Source: Candidatus Latescibacterota bacterium | GTDB taxonomy: Bacteria; Latescibacterota; UBA2968; UBA8231 | Assembly (NCBI GenBank): GCA_965208105.1 | Contig: OZ242318.1 | Location: 4,288,001 to 4,352,000, forward strand | Direction of reading: 5' to 3' | DNA length: 64,000 bases | In this document: piece after piece, positions 10,511 to 20,076 of the stretch | Numbering within the stretch: the first letter of the stretch is position 1 | Layout: the number at the start of each line of letters is the position of its first letter | The notes under the pieces: generated by a model | What the model was told of the DNA's origin: nothing | What the model saw: only the letters and a program-made list of their open reading frames with translations | The model's database searches: none | Translations under genes and position numbers: made by a program

Positions 10511-10700
10511 CGCTGACACGACGCCGTGGAGTGGACTGCAGTTCGGGTTGGCTTCCCCCCAGTCTGGCCAGGCGCCGCGCGCTTTCCCGCTCCACAAGGG
10601 CTTTCAAGGCCTCCCGGATCAACTCCGGCTTCGAGGCGATATTTGTAATGGACTGCGCTCGGGCAAAAAGTTCGTCGTCGATATTCAAGGTCGTCCTCAT
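10497..10700 (-). CDS. vapB: VapB antitoxin 2 (RHH type)
   Basis: MRTTLNIDDEL...REALKALVERESARRLARLGGS; overlaps toxin. Confidence 0.9.
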   Translation of the reverse strand: MRTTLNIDDELFARAQSITNIASKPELIREALKALVERESARRLARLGGSQPELQSTPRRRVSDGSG

Positions 10701-10928
10701 TCTCCATGCTCCCTGTTCGGTTGCCGGGTGGTAAAACGGCCTGCATCAAATTTAACATCAAAAGATGCCGAAAACAATGCTATGCGGATGGCCATTGAGG
10801 GCGGTTGAGCCAATATGCGGGCTATGGTAGCTTTGTAAGATGGTTGCCGGTCATTGCCGCGCAGGACGGGCAACCCCGGGAAAGGAGGCACCCGCCCGAT
10901 GGGGCTCGATAACCCGGCAGTTTCATCG

Positions 10929-12155
10929 ATGCTCATGCTGGTCCGGCTGGCCTGGAGAAATATCTTTCGCTGCGGGCGCAGGACCCTGCTGTCCGCGCTG
11001 GCCATAGGTCTCGGGATGGCGGCGCTGATCTTTACCGATGCCTTCACCATCGGCATGGAAGAAAGCGTCATCAGGACGGCCACCGATACCTTTCTGGGTC
11101 AGGGCCAGATCCACGCCGAGGGCTTCAGAAGCACCTACGAGGTGGAGAGGACGGTGCGCAACCGCGAGACACTCCTGGCGGCATTGGGGAGGGATCCGCA
11201 GGTGGCGTCCTTTGCGCCGCGGTCCCTGACCCACGGCATGCTCACCTCGGCGGCCAACGTCAGCTCCGTCCTCCTCTGCGGCATCGATCCGGAGCGCGAA
11301 AGGGAGGTCTCCAAGATCGACGAGGCCATCGTGCGGGGTGCCTACCTGGAGGCGGGTATTGCAGGCAGGATGCTCGTGGGCGCCAAGCTGGCCGAGACCC
11401 TTGAGGTTGGGTTGGGCGACCGCCTCGTGGTCACCGTGGCCCAGGCGGAGAGCGGCGCCCTGGCGCAGGAGATGTTCCGGGTCGGGGGGATATTCCGCTT
11501 CAACGTGCGCGATATGGACGCCGGAGTGGTTTTCGTCGATCTAAGCGCGGCGCAGGAGCTTTCCGGTCTGGGTGCGGAGGTCCACGAGATCGCTCTCCAC
11601 TTCGACGATATTGCCATGGCCGGAGATCCGGAGTTGGAGCTGTGGCGGCGCTACGGGCAGGACGGCAACGAGATTCTGGGATGGAAGGAGCTCCTCCCCG
11701 CCCTGGATGCGGTCCTGGAAATGTCGAACCTCTCCATGCTCATATTGAGTATTATTCTTTTCGCCGTGGTGGCCCTCACGATTGTCAATACCCTCCTGAT
11801 GTCGCTCTACGAGAGGATGTTCGAGTTCGGCATGCTGCGCGCCATGGGGACCCGTCCCCGCAGGCTGGCCCTGCTCATCTTCCTCGAGGTGGCCTCCCTT
11901 GCCCTGGTCAGTGTCGCCGTGGGCAGCGTCCTGGGCCTGGCGGTGACCGCTATATTCGCCGAGTACGGGATCGATTACGTCGGAATCGAGATGGCGGGGG
12001 TGACCCTGCGGGAGCTGATATACCCGGTGGCCGCGGCGCGGCAGTTCGTGATTTTTCCGCTGATGGTACTGGCCTTCGCCCTGGTGGCGGGGATCTATCC
12101 GGCGGTCCTGGCGGCGAGGGTGGAGCCGGTGGAGGCCATGAGAAAAGGCTTCTGA
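10929..12155 (+). CDS. ABC transporter permease (FtsX/MacB/LolE family)
   Basis: LAWRNIFR, NTLLMSLYERMFEFGMLRAMG, PVEAMR. Confidence 0.92.
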   Translation: MLMLVRLAWRNIFRCGRRTLLSALAIGLGMAALIFTDAFTIGMEESVIRTATDTFLGQGQIHAEGFRSTYEVERTVRNRETLLAALGRDPQVASFAPRSLTHGMLTSAANVSSVLLCGIDPEREREVSKIDEAIVRGAYLEAGIAGRMLVGAKLAETLEVGLGDRLVVTVAQAESGALAQEMFRVGGIFRFNVRDMDAGVVFVDLSAAQELSGLGAEVHEIALHFDDIAMAGDPELELWRRYGQDGNEILGWKELLPALDAVLEMSNLSMLILSIILFAVVALTIVNTLLMSLYERMFEFGMLRAMGTRPRRLALLIFLEVASLALVSVAVGSVLGLAVTAIFAEYGIDYVGIEMAGVTLRELIYPVAAARQFVIFPLMVLAFALVAGIYPAVLAARVEPVEAMRKGF

Positions 12156-12221
12156 GCCGGTCCTCGGGGCGGGTGGCGGCGCAATTGCGGATGAGCAGTT
12201 CACACGACGGAGAGTGGAGTT

Positions 12222-12923
12222 ATGAGTGAAGGCGCTGAAGAGGTGATCCGGACCGAAGCCCTCTCCAAGGTCTACCGCGAGGGCGAGGTCGAGGTGCGGG
12301 CGCTGCGGGAGGTCAGTCTCGGCATCGAGAGAGGGGAGTTCACGGCCATCGCCGGGCCCTCCGGGTCGGGGAAGTCGACCTTGCTCAACCTGATGGGAGG
12401 ACTGGACCGCCCTTCCTCGGGATCGGTGGCCCTGGCCGGGCGCTCCATCGTCGCCATGAGCGGCAACGAGCTGTCCGATTTCCGCCGCGACCGGGTGGGA
12501 TTCATCTTCCAGTCCTTCAACCTGATTCCGGTTCTCACGGCGATCGAGAACGTCGAGTACGTCATGCTCCTCCAGGGGGTCGAGGCGTCCGAGCGGCGCC
12601 GGCGCGCCAACGAGATCCTGGCCGAGGTCGGGCTCGAGGGCCTGGAGGGACGGCGGCCGCCGCAACTGTCGGGGGGCCAGCAGCAGCGTGTGGCCGTTGC
12701 CCGGGCCATCGTCTCGCGGCCCGACATCATCCTGGCTGACGAGCCCACCGCCAACCTGGATTCCGCCGCGGGGTCGGCCCTGCTGGATCTGATGCGCGGG
12801 TTGAACCGCAGCCGCGGAACCACCTTCGTCTTCTCCACCCACGACCGCATGATCATGGACCGGGCCCGCAGGCTGATGGTCCTCAAGGACGGCCGCATCG
12901 ACCGGGACGAGGTGAGGGATTGA
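12222..12923 (+). CDS. ABC transporter ATP-binding protein (LolD-like)
   Basis: GPSGSGKS, LSGGQQQRV, ADEPTANLD, STHD. Confidence 0.95.
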   Translation: MSEGAEEVIRTEALSKVYREGEVEVRALREVSLGIERGEFTAIAGPSGSGKSTLLNLMGGLDRPSSGSVALAGRSIVAMSGNELSDFRRDRVGFIFQSFNLIPVLTAIENVEYVMLLQGVEASERRRRANEILAEVGLEGLEGRRPPQLSGGQQQRVAVARAIVSRPDIILADEPTANLDSAAGSALLDLMRGLNRSRGTTFVFSTHDRMIMDRARRLMVLKDGRIDRDEVRD

Positions 12924-14158
12924 GGCGGGGACGGCTGCCCCTGCCGGTTGCGATGCTGCTGGCGGCGGCATCGGCGACCGGCGCCGGCGGAGAGGTGAGG
13001 ATCGGCGGCCATTTCAAGAACTTTTTCACGGCCCTGGACCCGCCGTCGCTGAGCGGGGTATCCCAGCCTCTCGAAGGGGAGGGGTACAGCCGCCTGCGGC
13101 TGGAGCTCTTCGGCCGGAGGGGCTCCTCGGTTGCCGCCGAAATAGCTTACGAGTTAGCCCCTCGCCTGCGGCAGGCAAGCCCCGCGGCCCTGGCGGTTGC
13201 AGCGTCGAGGCCGCCCCTGTCCTCCTACCGCGCCGTCGATTTTTCCGCCAGGATCTATCCAGGCGGAGGCGGGGGCAAGGGTTCCTTCGCCCTGCTGCAC
13301 AACCTCGACCGCGCCTTCGTGACCTTCTCCACCTCCTTCGCCGATTTCCACCTGGGCCGTCAGCCCGTGGCCTTCGGCTCTGCCCGGGTCGTGAATCCCA
13401 TCGACTTGCTGGAACCCTTCGCCTACGAGGCACTGGACAAGGAGGACCGGGTCGGGGTCGATGCGCTGCGCGCCCGCATTCCCGTGGGGGACCTCAGCGA
13501 GCTGGATGCGGGGCTGGTCTTCGGAGAAGATTTCGATCCCGGCGACAGCGCCGTGTTTCTTCGCGGCCACTTCTTCCTTGGCCAGGCCGACGTTGCGCCG
13601 GCGGCGGTGCTCTTCAGGGAAAACCTGCTGCTGGGGGTGGACCTGGCGCGGTCCCTCGGAGGCGCGGGATCATGGCTCGAGGCCGGATATACCCTGGCGG
13701 GGTTTCTGAGCGACGACCAGTCCGGGGAGAATTATCTGAGGCTCTCCACCGGACTGGACTACAGCTTCGGCAGCCGGCTCTACTGCTTTGTCGAGTACCA
13801 TCTCAACGGGGCCGGCAGCGCCCTGCCCGAGGCCTACCTGGAACAGGCGGGGGAGACCGCCTACCGGGAAGGTGGGGTCCATCTCTGGGGGCGCCACTAC
13901 GCCGCCCCGGGCATGACCGTTCAGGTCACTCCCCTGCTCAGCGCCGGCCTGCAAGCCCTGATCAATGTGAGAGACGGCTCGGCCCTGGTGGCGCCCAGGC
14001 TGGCCTACAGCTTCGCTGACAATGTGGCGGTGGCCGCGGGGGGATTCTTCAGCCTCGGCCGCCGGGCGAGGATCAGTCCCGGACCCGGGCTCGTGCCGCG
14101 CTCGGAGTTCGGGCTCTACCCGGGAGTCTACTTCACTTCCGTGGCCCTTTATTTCTAG
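12920..14158 (+). CDS. Exported/outer-membrane protein of the ABC operon
   Basis: Signal peptide, 'NLDRAF', 'GRQPVAFG', 'GVDALR', C-terminal YF; overlaps ATPase stop. Confidence 0.7.
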   Translation: MRRGRLPLPVAMLLAAASATGAGGEVRIGGHFKNFFTALDPPSLSGVSQPLEGEGYSRLRLELFGRRGSSVAAEIAYELAPRLRQASPAALAVAASRPPLSSYRAVDFSARIYPGGGGGKGSFALLHNLDRAFVTFSTSFADFHLGRQPVAFGSARVVNPIDLLEPFAYEALDKEDRVGVDALRARIPVGDLSELDAGLVFGEDFDPGDSAVFLRGHFFLGQADVAPAAVLFRENLLLGVDLARSLGGAGSWLEAGYTLAGFLSDDQSGENYLRLSTGLDYSFGSRLYCFVEYHLNGAGSALPEAYLEQAGETAYREGGVHLWGRHYAAPGMTVQVTPLLSAGLQALINVRDGSALVAPRLAYSFADNVAVAAGGFFSLGRRARISPGPGLVPRSEFGLYPGVYFTSVALYF

Positions 14159-14187
14159 GGACCGGCAGAATCCGGCGATCATTCCCA

Positions 14188-14370
14188 GATCCTCACCGAA
14201 CATTTGGAAACCTTCCTCCAGCAAGCCCGCAGGTCCGAGCACCGCCTGCCGCTCCACGTCGAGAAGGAGATGCGCGCCTACCTCGAATGCTGCATGCTGG
14301 CCTACGGGTTCGTTCGGGCTCGTTGTGAGGACTGCGGGACGGGTCGGGCTGTTGCCATTTCCTGCAAGTG
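14188..14370 (+). mobile_element. IS91-family transposase N-terminal (zinc-binding) fragment
   Basis: QILTEHLETFL...VEKEMRAYLECCMLAYGFVRARCEDCG...AISCK; similarity ends after SCK. Confidence 0.85.
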
Positions 14371-14497
14371 TTACATTCATCTGCCTTTCGATGCCCTGGT
14401 CGGAGTTGTAGCAGCCGCTTCTTGAAAACTGGCTGCCGCAGCATCCCCACAGGGTTAATAATTTATGCCTCACGAATCATTGAAATGGCGGTGAGTG

Positions 14498-15550
14498 ATG
14501 GAAGTGGTGGAAACCCAGGTGGTCTATAGCGACGGCCACCACAACGCCTGGACCGATCTGGCTCTTTTCCAGGGCCGCTGGTACGTCTTTTTCAAAAGCG
14601 GGTGGTGGCATGCCGGGCCCGGACACCGGCCGGTGTATGCCCGCTCTACTGATTTGACGGCCGCGAGCTGGGATAAACCCCGCGGGATTGCACCCGTTGA
14701 CAAATTGTGTTTGTTGGGTTCGGGACCGGCCAAGTTCTTCGTGTGGCAGGAGTCGCTCTGGGCTGTGGTGCACATGGCAGTTCCGACGGATTCCCATGCA
14801 GGCATTCCTCCGGGCAGGGCGGGCAGATCCCAGGCTTTTGTGACATGCTCGCCCGACGGCATGGTGTGGTCGGAGCCGCGGCCGTTGTTTGATCGAGGCC
14901 AATACCTTTGGCGCGTCCAGGAGCGCGACGGCTATCTCTACGCTGCGGTATTCGAGATCTCCTACGAACGCAACCGCGACATCTGGCTCCTGCGCAGCGA
15001 CGATGTCTTTCGCTGGTCCGAGGTGGCGCGCTGGTACGGCAGCCAGCCCGATCTGCTGTTCGACGATGATGGGGAAGCCATTTCGCTCGGGCTTTCGCCG
15101 CGCGACAGCGGTAACTTCCGCAACCTGGACACCCTGCGCCGCGCTCGACCGCCCTACACCCAGTGGGGTACGGAGGAGCTGGGTTTCACCGTGCATTCTC
15201 CGGTCCTGGCAAGGGCCGGAGGCAAGTTGCTGATGGCTGGCGTGGAGTGGCTCGCCAAACCTGGGCGCCAGATGACGCTGCGGGCCTACGAAGATGGTTC
15301 GTTTGGCGATCCCCTTGTACTGTTTCCGGACGGCGACTGTGGGTACCCCGGCATGATCTCGATTCCCGGCCGCGAGGATGAGGTCCTCGTTTCGTACTAC
15401 GGCGGCGTCGATCGGCCCGGACTCAGCTTCCGTCCGGTGACTGTGTCCCTCGAGATCGACGGCGACACCTTTTCGGGCTACACAGACGCGGCCGAGTATT
15501 ACTTCCGTCAGAAGTGCGACATCTTTGTGACTCGGGTACGAGTGAGTTAA
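14498..15550 (+). CDS. BNR/sialidase-like beta-propeller protein
   Basis: DGHHNAWTDL, Asp-box-like SPDGMVWS and SDDVFRWS, GDCGYPG, LVSYY. Confidence 0.65.
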   Translation: MEVVETQVVYSDGHHNAWTDLALFQGRWYVFFKSGWWHAGPGHRPVYARSTDLTAASWDKPRGIAPVDKLCLLGSGPAKFFVWQESLWAVVHMAVPTDSHAGIPPGRAGRSQAFVTCSPDGMVWSEPRPLFDRGQYLWRVQERDGYLYAAVFEISYERNRDIWLLRSDDVFRWSEVARWYGSQPDLLFDDDGEAISLGLSPRDSGNFRNLDTLRRARPPYTQWGTEELGFTVHSPVLARAGGKLLMAGVEWLAKPGRQMTLRAYEDGSFGDPLVLFPDGDCGYPGMISIPGREDEVLVSYYGGVDRPGLSFRPVTVSLEIDGDTFSGYTDAAEYYFRQKCDIFVTRVRVS

Positions 15551-15860
15551 TCAGCCGGAGCCGCGCGGCATCGGTCGCGTCGTCCGTTCGAAGCTGCGGC
15601 TTCCCGGGATGCAAACGAATCCGCCGCTTTCCTTACCAAACCCCGACGCCTCGTCGGGGAGCGCCCAGGCCACATTCACCTTTTCTACCATCGACCGGCC
15701 CTCCAGGCGGTAGAATCCCGCGGTGTTCTGACCGTGTAGGGAGCCGCCTGTAGTTCCCTTCGGGTACTCACAGCACATCGGCTCGCCGGTTTCGCGGTGA
15801 CCGTATCCAAGCATCCAGTTCAGCTGCTGGGTGATCGCCGGATGAGCACCCATGCGGTGA
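15551..15860 (-). pseudogene. PhyH-like dioxygenase fragment
   Basis: HPAITQQLNWMLG...GSLHG...VNVAWAL..GGFVCIPGS, then similarity lost. Confidence 0.55.
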
Positions 15861-16194
15861 AACGGCGCGCAGTGCGGCTTGGGCAGGAGATACAGGCTGC
15901 CCAATCTTGGGTGGTGGATGTCACCCCGCAACCGGATCGACCTCGCCGGGTCCGCCGGAAGGCATTGCACGCGCACTGCGGAACATACCCTCGACGAGTC
16001 GGCAGGAATCTCCCTGGGTGTGGTCGCCGGAGATGGGTTCGCTGGTTGCCCAGGTCGAGGGCGTGGGGCCGGCACCGCCGACCGAGCTCGACATGCCCCA
16101 GGCGGGACCGAAGCCCTTTTCCGGGATCGACCTGGACTCGGTGATCCAGGTCATTTCCGTCCCTACTGCTCCGTCCCTACTGCGAGCCCTGTCA

Positions 16195-16292
16195 AACGAC
16201 CTGCAAACGATCCTCCGCGAGCTTGCCCCGCCCCTTGCGTGTGTTCGGCGCCTTGACAAGAGGGCCGAAAAGGCGCCTCCTTTTTCCTATAC
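16195..16292 (+). mobile_element. IS91/ISCR oriIS-end remnant 1 (divergent variant)
   Basis: GCAAACGATCCTCCG...GCGCCTTGAC-N-AAAAGG/CCTTTT-TCCTATAC; matches family A ends. Confidence 0.65.
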
Positions 16293-16396
16293 TTTTATAC
16301 TTTTGCCGCTCCTGGTTGACCCCGTTCAGGGTGGAACAGCCTGCGTGCGTGAAGCGAACTGTGGAATCAAGTCCTCCAATGCGAAGGGAGTTTGCC

Positions 16397-17281
16397 GTGT
16401 CTGAATCAACTTACCGCAAAGCTCCGCCTGGCTTTACGAAAGAACAATGGGAGCAGTTCGATCGAGAAGGTTTACTGGTCATCGAAGACGCTCTGACGCA
16501 AGACGAGATTGATTGTTACTTGAGTGCGATTGACGAACTTATCGCCTCGGACTCGAACTACGAAGAAGGAGAATTCTATGGTCCGGACAATTTGGTGACA
16601 AAAGATCCCCTCTTCGCGGATTTAATCGATCACCCCCGCCATGTCGGTTATGGCTACGACGTCTACGGAGAATTGCTCAAGCTGCACATCTCTCAGGCCT
16701 TTGTTCGCCCACGCTGCCCTTCACCCCACGTATGGCATCCAGATGGGGCACGCGCTTTGCCTTACGGCGTGTTTTCGCCCAGACTACCGCTGCAAATCAA
16801 GGTCGGGTACTGGCTTACCGATCTGCCGCATGCAAAGATGGGGAATTTTGTATGTATGCCGGGCAGCCATCGCAGTCAGTATTTCGAAGAGTATGCAAAA
16901 CATACAAGCATGCCGGGCGAGAAGATTCTCTGCTGCCCCAAAGGAACGATGACGATCATGCACTGCGGGCTCTGGCACCGCGTTGAACCCAATGAGAGCG
17001 ATGTGGTGCGCAAGAATATCTTCATCGCTTATTGTCCGTCCTGGCTCTGCGAGGGGGACCGGCTTGAGAGCGACCCGGATTGGTTGAAAACATTGAACCG
17101 GGAGCAGCGCATTATCATGCGCAGCTACAATCACGGCTATGTTCGCTCCAAGCCGCCAAAGGAGGATTTTCCGCTGTTTTTGGATCGAAATACTGGACAG
17201 GCTTCGGATCCGGGATATTCCGACGATGTTCCGCCTAACTGGCGGAAGCGAAAAGTCGTGGTTGAACAGTGGGGATATTGA
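16397..17281 (+). CDS. Phytanoyl-CoA dioxygenase (PhyH) family protein
   Basis: EQFDREGLLV, WHPD, MPGSH, LWH..N, RK; RBS GAAGGGAG. Confidence 0.88.
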   Translation: MSESTYRKAPPGFTKEQWEQFDREGLLVIEDALTQDEIDCYLSAIDELIASDSNYEEGEFYGPDNLVTKDPLFADLIDHPRHVGYGYDVYGELLKLHISQAFVRPRCPSPHVWHPDGARALPYGVFSPRLPLQIKVGYWLTDLPHAKMGNFVCMPGSHRSQYFEEYAKHTSMPGEKILCCPKGTMTIMHCGLWHRVEPNESDVVRKNIFIAYCPSWLCEGDRLESDPDWLKTLNREQRIIMRSYNHGYVRSKPPKEDFPLFLDRNTGQASDPGYSDDVPPNWRKRKVVVEQWGY

Positions 17282-17297
17282 CCCCGGCCTGAGTTTG

Positions 17298-19964
17298 ATG
17301 CTTAAACCCGTTGCCAAAAACGCGCTCGTCGCCGCTTGGGTTGCGGCTGCAGAGGTCGGCGCAGCCCCCCTGCAAGATGTCGTCCCCCGAAGCGGGCACA
17401 TCCACGCCCTGACCATCTTTGCGCACTTTGCCGATGAGCGCGGCTTGGGTCGCGAAGTTCCGTCTTTTGCCGCCGAGATCTTCGCCGAGCAGCCGGGCAG
17501 CCTGACCCACTTCTACCGCGAGATGTCGCGCGGGCAGTTTGCTCTCACCGGCGAGGTGTTGCCCCGCTGGTACGCGTCCTCCAGCAATGCCGAGGTGTAC
17601 GCAGATGCAGAAGGCGGTTATGGTCGCTTTGCCCGCGAGATCATCCAGGCCGTTGATGCCGACGTGGACTTTAGCCGCTACGACAACGATGGCCCCGATG
17701 GAGTTCCCAACTCCGGCGACGACGATGGATACGTGGATTTTATTTTTCTTATTTCGGCCTCGAGCCCAACGGGCTTTATCGTCGAAGAGGCCACAGGCGT
17801 CGCCCATCTCGGGATGGACAAAGACTTCGTAAGCCAGGACCGCGCTCTCCGCGACGGCTTCATCCGGGTCAGCTCGGACAACGGTACTGTCCAGCGCGGG
17901 CGGTCTTTTGCCGAGGCCGTAGGCAGTATGGCACACGAGTTTGGGCACTTCCTGGGCCTGCCCGACCTGTACGACCGCGACTTTGAATCCGGTCCGGACG
18001 ACGACTCGGGCGGCATCGGCTATTGGGGGTTGATGGGGCACGGCAATCGAGGCTGGGGCGAGGTAGATGGCCCCAATCCCTTTTGCGCGTGGAGCCTGGG
18101 GCAACTCGGCTGGCTGGGGGAAAACAACCAACAGCTCGAGGTGCTGAGCGAGGACCGGAATGACGTGGTTTTTACCGATGTCAGTGCCGGCGGTGCCGTG
18201 TACTTATTGCCCGCGCCTGCGCCCGCCGAGCACTTTTTTCTCGTGGAGTTCCGCAGCCGCCAACACAGCTACTACGAGCGCAATCTGCCCGACGAGGGCT
18301 TGCTGATCTGGCGCATAAATCCCACTCGCATCGGCAATAATATGGAAGCCGTCAAACAGGTGGACTTGGTGTGTGCCGATGGGCTTTTTGGGGACGCGGG
18401 TTTTCCCCTGGGCCGCAAGGCATCCCCGTTTAGCGGCCGCGACAATCTCGACTTTTGGGCGCACGACACGCGCTATCGCACGGATTTCGGCGGCAACCTC
18501 GGGGATGCCACCGATGTGTTTGACGGCGAGCAATTTACCGACTTCTGGGCTGCGTCCAACCCGGCGTCCACGACGGGGATCAGCGTGACTGGCATCCGCC
18601 GCGAGGGCGACCAGATGGTGGCCAATCTCAAGCTGCAAGACCGTCGTCGCGCCGGCCCCATCGCCGACATGGAAATCTGGAGCGACCGCATTGAGGTTGT
18701 CGGCGACGTGACCGTCCTGCCCGGAGGGCATCTCGATGTCCGCGCCGGTACGCAGGTGCAGGTGGGGTCGGACGCGCTGGCTACGGGTGCGGATACGGCG
18801 CGCGTGGAACTGATTGTGTACGGCGGTCTCTTCGTCGGCGTTTCGGGGCAGGGACAAACCGCCTTCCACTCGGCCGCAGCCGATCCGCAGCCCGGAGATT
18901 GGCATGGCATCGTGCTGCACCCAACAGCCTCGGTCTATTTGCGCAGCGTCCTCATCGACCATTCCCACTATGGCCTATGGTCCAGGGAAATCGACCACGC
19001 CATTACCTTGGAAGATGTGACAATCCGCCGCGTCAGTGCGGACGGCATTCGCCTGGAAAGGGTCGAAGAGGAGGTTCTCTTTGATCGCGTGCAGGTCGAG
19101 GAAGTGGGTGGAGTGGGCATTTGGATCGCTGGCCCGGGTTTGACGCGGATAAATCGAGCCGAACTGAGCGCCAATGGCCGCGCTGGCCTCTGGCGCGAGG
19201 GTGGGTTTTTGTCGTTGCTCGACAGCCGCTTCAACGACAACGGCTCGGCTGCGCCCGAGGAGGCCAACTTGGTCTTGGGGTGGGCGACCAGCGGCAAGAT
19301 AGCGGGCAATTCGCTTACCGGTGGGATCGGGATTTACTGCGTGGAGACGCGAGAAGCCGAGATCGAGGGAAACGAGCTGTACAATCACGAAGTTGGCCTC
19401 TGGACTAGAAGCGCGCGTCCGCGCATTGTGCGCAATCAATTCTTCCGCAATGCGTTGGCCCTGCGGATAGAGGGGAGCGAGGTGCCGGCACAGCTGGTCT
19501 TGAACGGCGTCCAAGAGGGTGAGCAACTGGTCGATAATCAAGCTAATCAACCGTTGCAGGCGATCAACAACTGGTGGGGAAACGAGAACGAAGATTGGAT
19601 CGAGTCCCGGATCAGCGGCGATGTCAACTGGCGGCCCTTCCTCAACTTCGACCCGCGCACGCCCTTGGACTTTGCCTTGGGACAGAATTATCCCAACCCG
19701 TTCAACGAGGGTACGCAGATCGACTATCAGATCGGGATCAACGACCCCATTGTCGCCGGCGAGACCAGGGTCGAGTTGGAAGTCCGCACCTTGACCGGTG
19801 GTTTGGTGCGGCACCTGGTTGAGGGGTTGGCGGCTCCGGGGTTGTACAGCGCCTCTTGGGATGGCCGCGACGAGCGGGGCGAGCGCGTGGCCAGTGGCAT
19901 GTATTGCTATGTGTTGCGCGTCGGGCCGATCGCCCACGCCAAAAAAATGGTTTTTATAAAATGA
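17298..19964 (+). CDS. Secreted M6 (immune inhibitor A) family metalloprotease with beta-helix and FlgD-Ig C-terminal domain
   Basis: YDNDGPDGVPNSGDDDGYVD, HEFGHFLGLPDLYD, WGLMG, NNWWG, LGQNYPNPFN...WDGRDERGERVASGMY. Confidence 0.88.
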   Translation: MLKPVAKNALVAAWVAAAEVGAAPLQDVVPRSGHIHALTIFAHFADERGLGREVPSFAAEIFAEQPGSLTHFYREMSRGQFALTGEVLPRWYASSSNAEVYADAEGGYGRFAREIIQAVDADVDFSRYDNDGPDGVPNSGDDDGYVDFIFLISASSPTGFIVEEATGVAHLGMDKDFVSQDRALRDGFIRVSSDNGTVQRGRSFAEAVGSMAHEFGHFLGLPDLYDRDFESGPDDDSGGIGYWGLMGHGNRGWGEVDGPNPFCAWSLGQLGWLGENNQQLEVLSEDRNDVVFTDVSAGGAVYLLPAPAPAEHFFLVEFRSRQHSYYERNLPDEGLLIWRINPTRIGNNMEAVKQVDLVCADGLFGDAGFPLGRKASPFSGRDNLDFWAHDTRYRTDFGGNLGDATDVFDGEQFTDFWAASNPASTTGISVTGIRREGDQMVANLKLQDRRRAGPIADMEIWSDRIEVVGDVTVLPGGHLDVRAGTQVQVGSDALATGADTARVELIVYGGLFVGVSGQGQTAFHSAAADPQPGDWHGIVLHPTASVYLRSVLIDHSHYGLWSREIDHAITLEDVTIRRVSADGIRLERVEEEVLFDRVQVEEVGGVGIWIAGPGLTRINRAELSANGRAGLWREGGFLSLLDSRFNDNGSAAPEEANLVLGWATSGKIAGNSLTGGIGIYCVETREAEIEGNELYNHEVGLWTRSARPRIVRNQFFRNALALRIEGSEVPAQLVLNGVQEGEQLVDNQANQPLQAINNWWGNENEDWIESRISGDVNWRPFLNFDPRTPLDFALGQNYPNPFNEGTQIDYQIGINDPIVAGETRVELEVRTLTGGLVRHLVEGLAAPGLYSASWDGRDERGERVASGMYCYVLRVGPIAHAKKMVFIK

Positions 19965-20010
19965 AAATCGAGGCGGATTATCTCGTTCTCGGCAGCGGCA
20001 TTGCCGCGGT
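19961..20010 (+). pseudogene. N-terminal stub of an FAD oxidoreductase (NadB-like)
   Basis: MKIEADYLVLGSGIA overlapping the protease stop; similarity ends after ~15 codons. Confidence 0.5.
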
Positions 20011-20076
20011 CGTGGATGCGGCCGATTCGGTTGCGAGCCACGCGCGGGATACGCTTGCAGCCGGCTGGGAATCATC

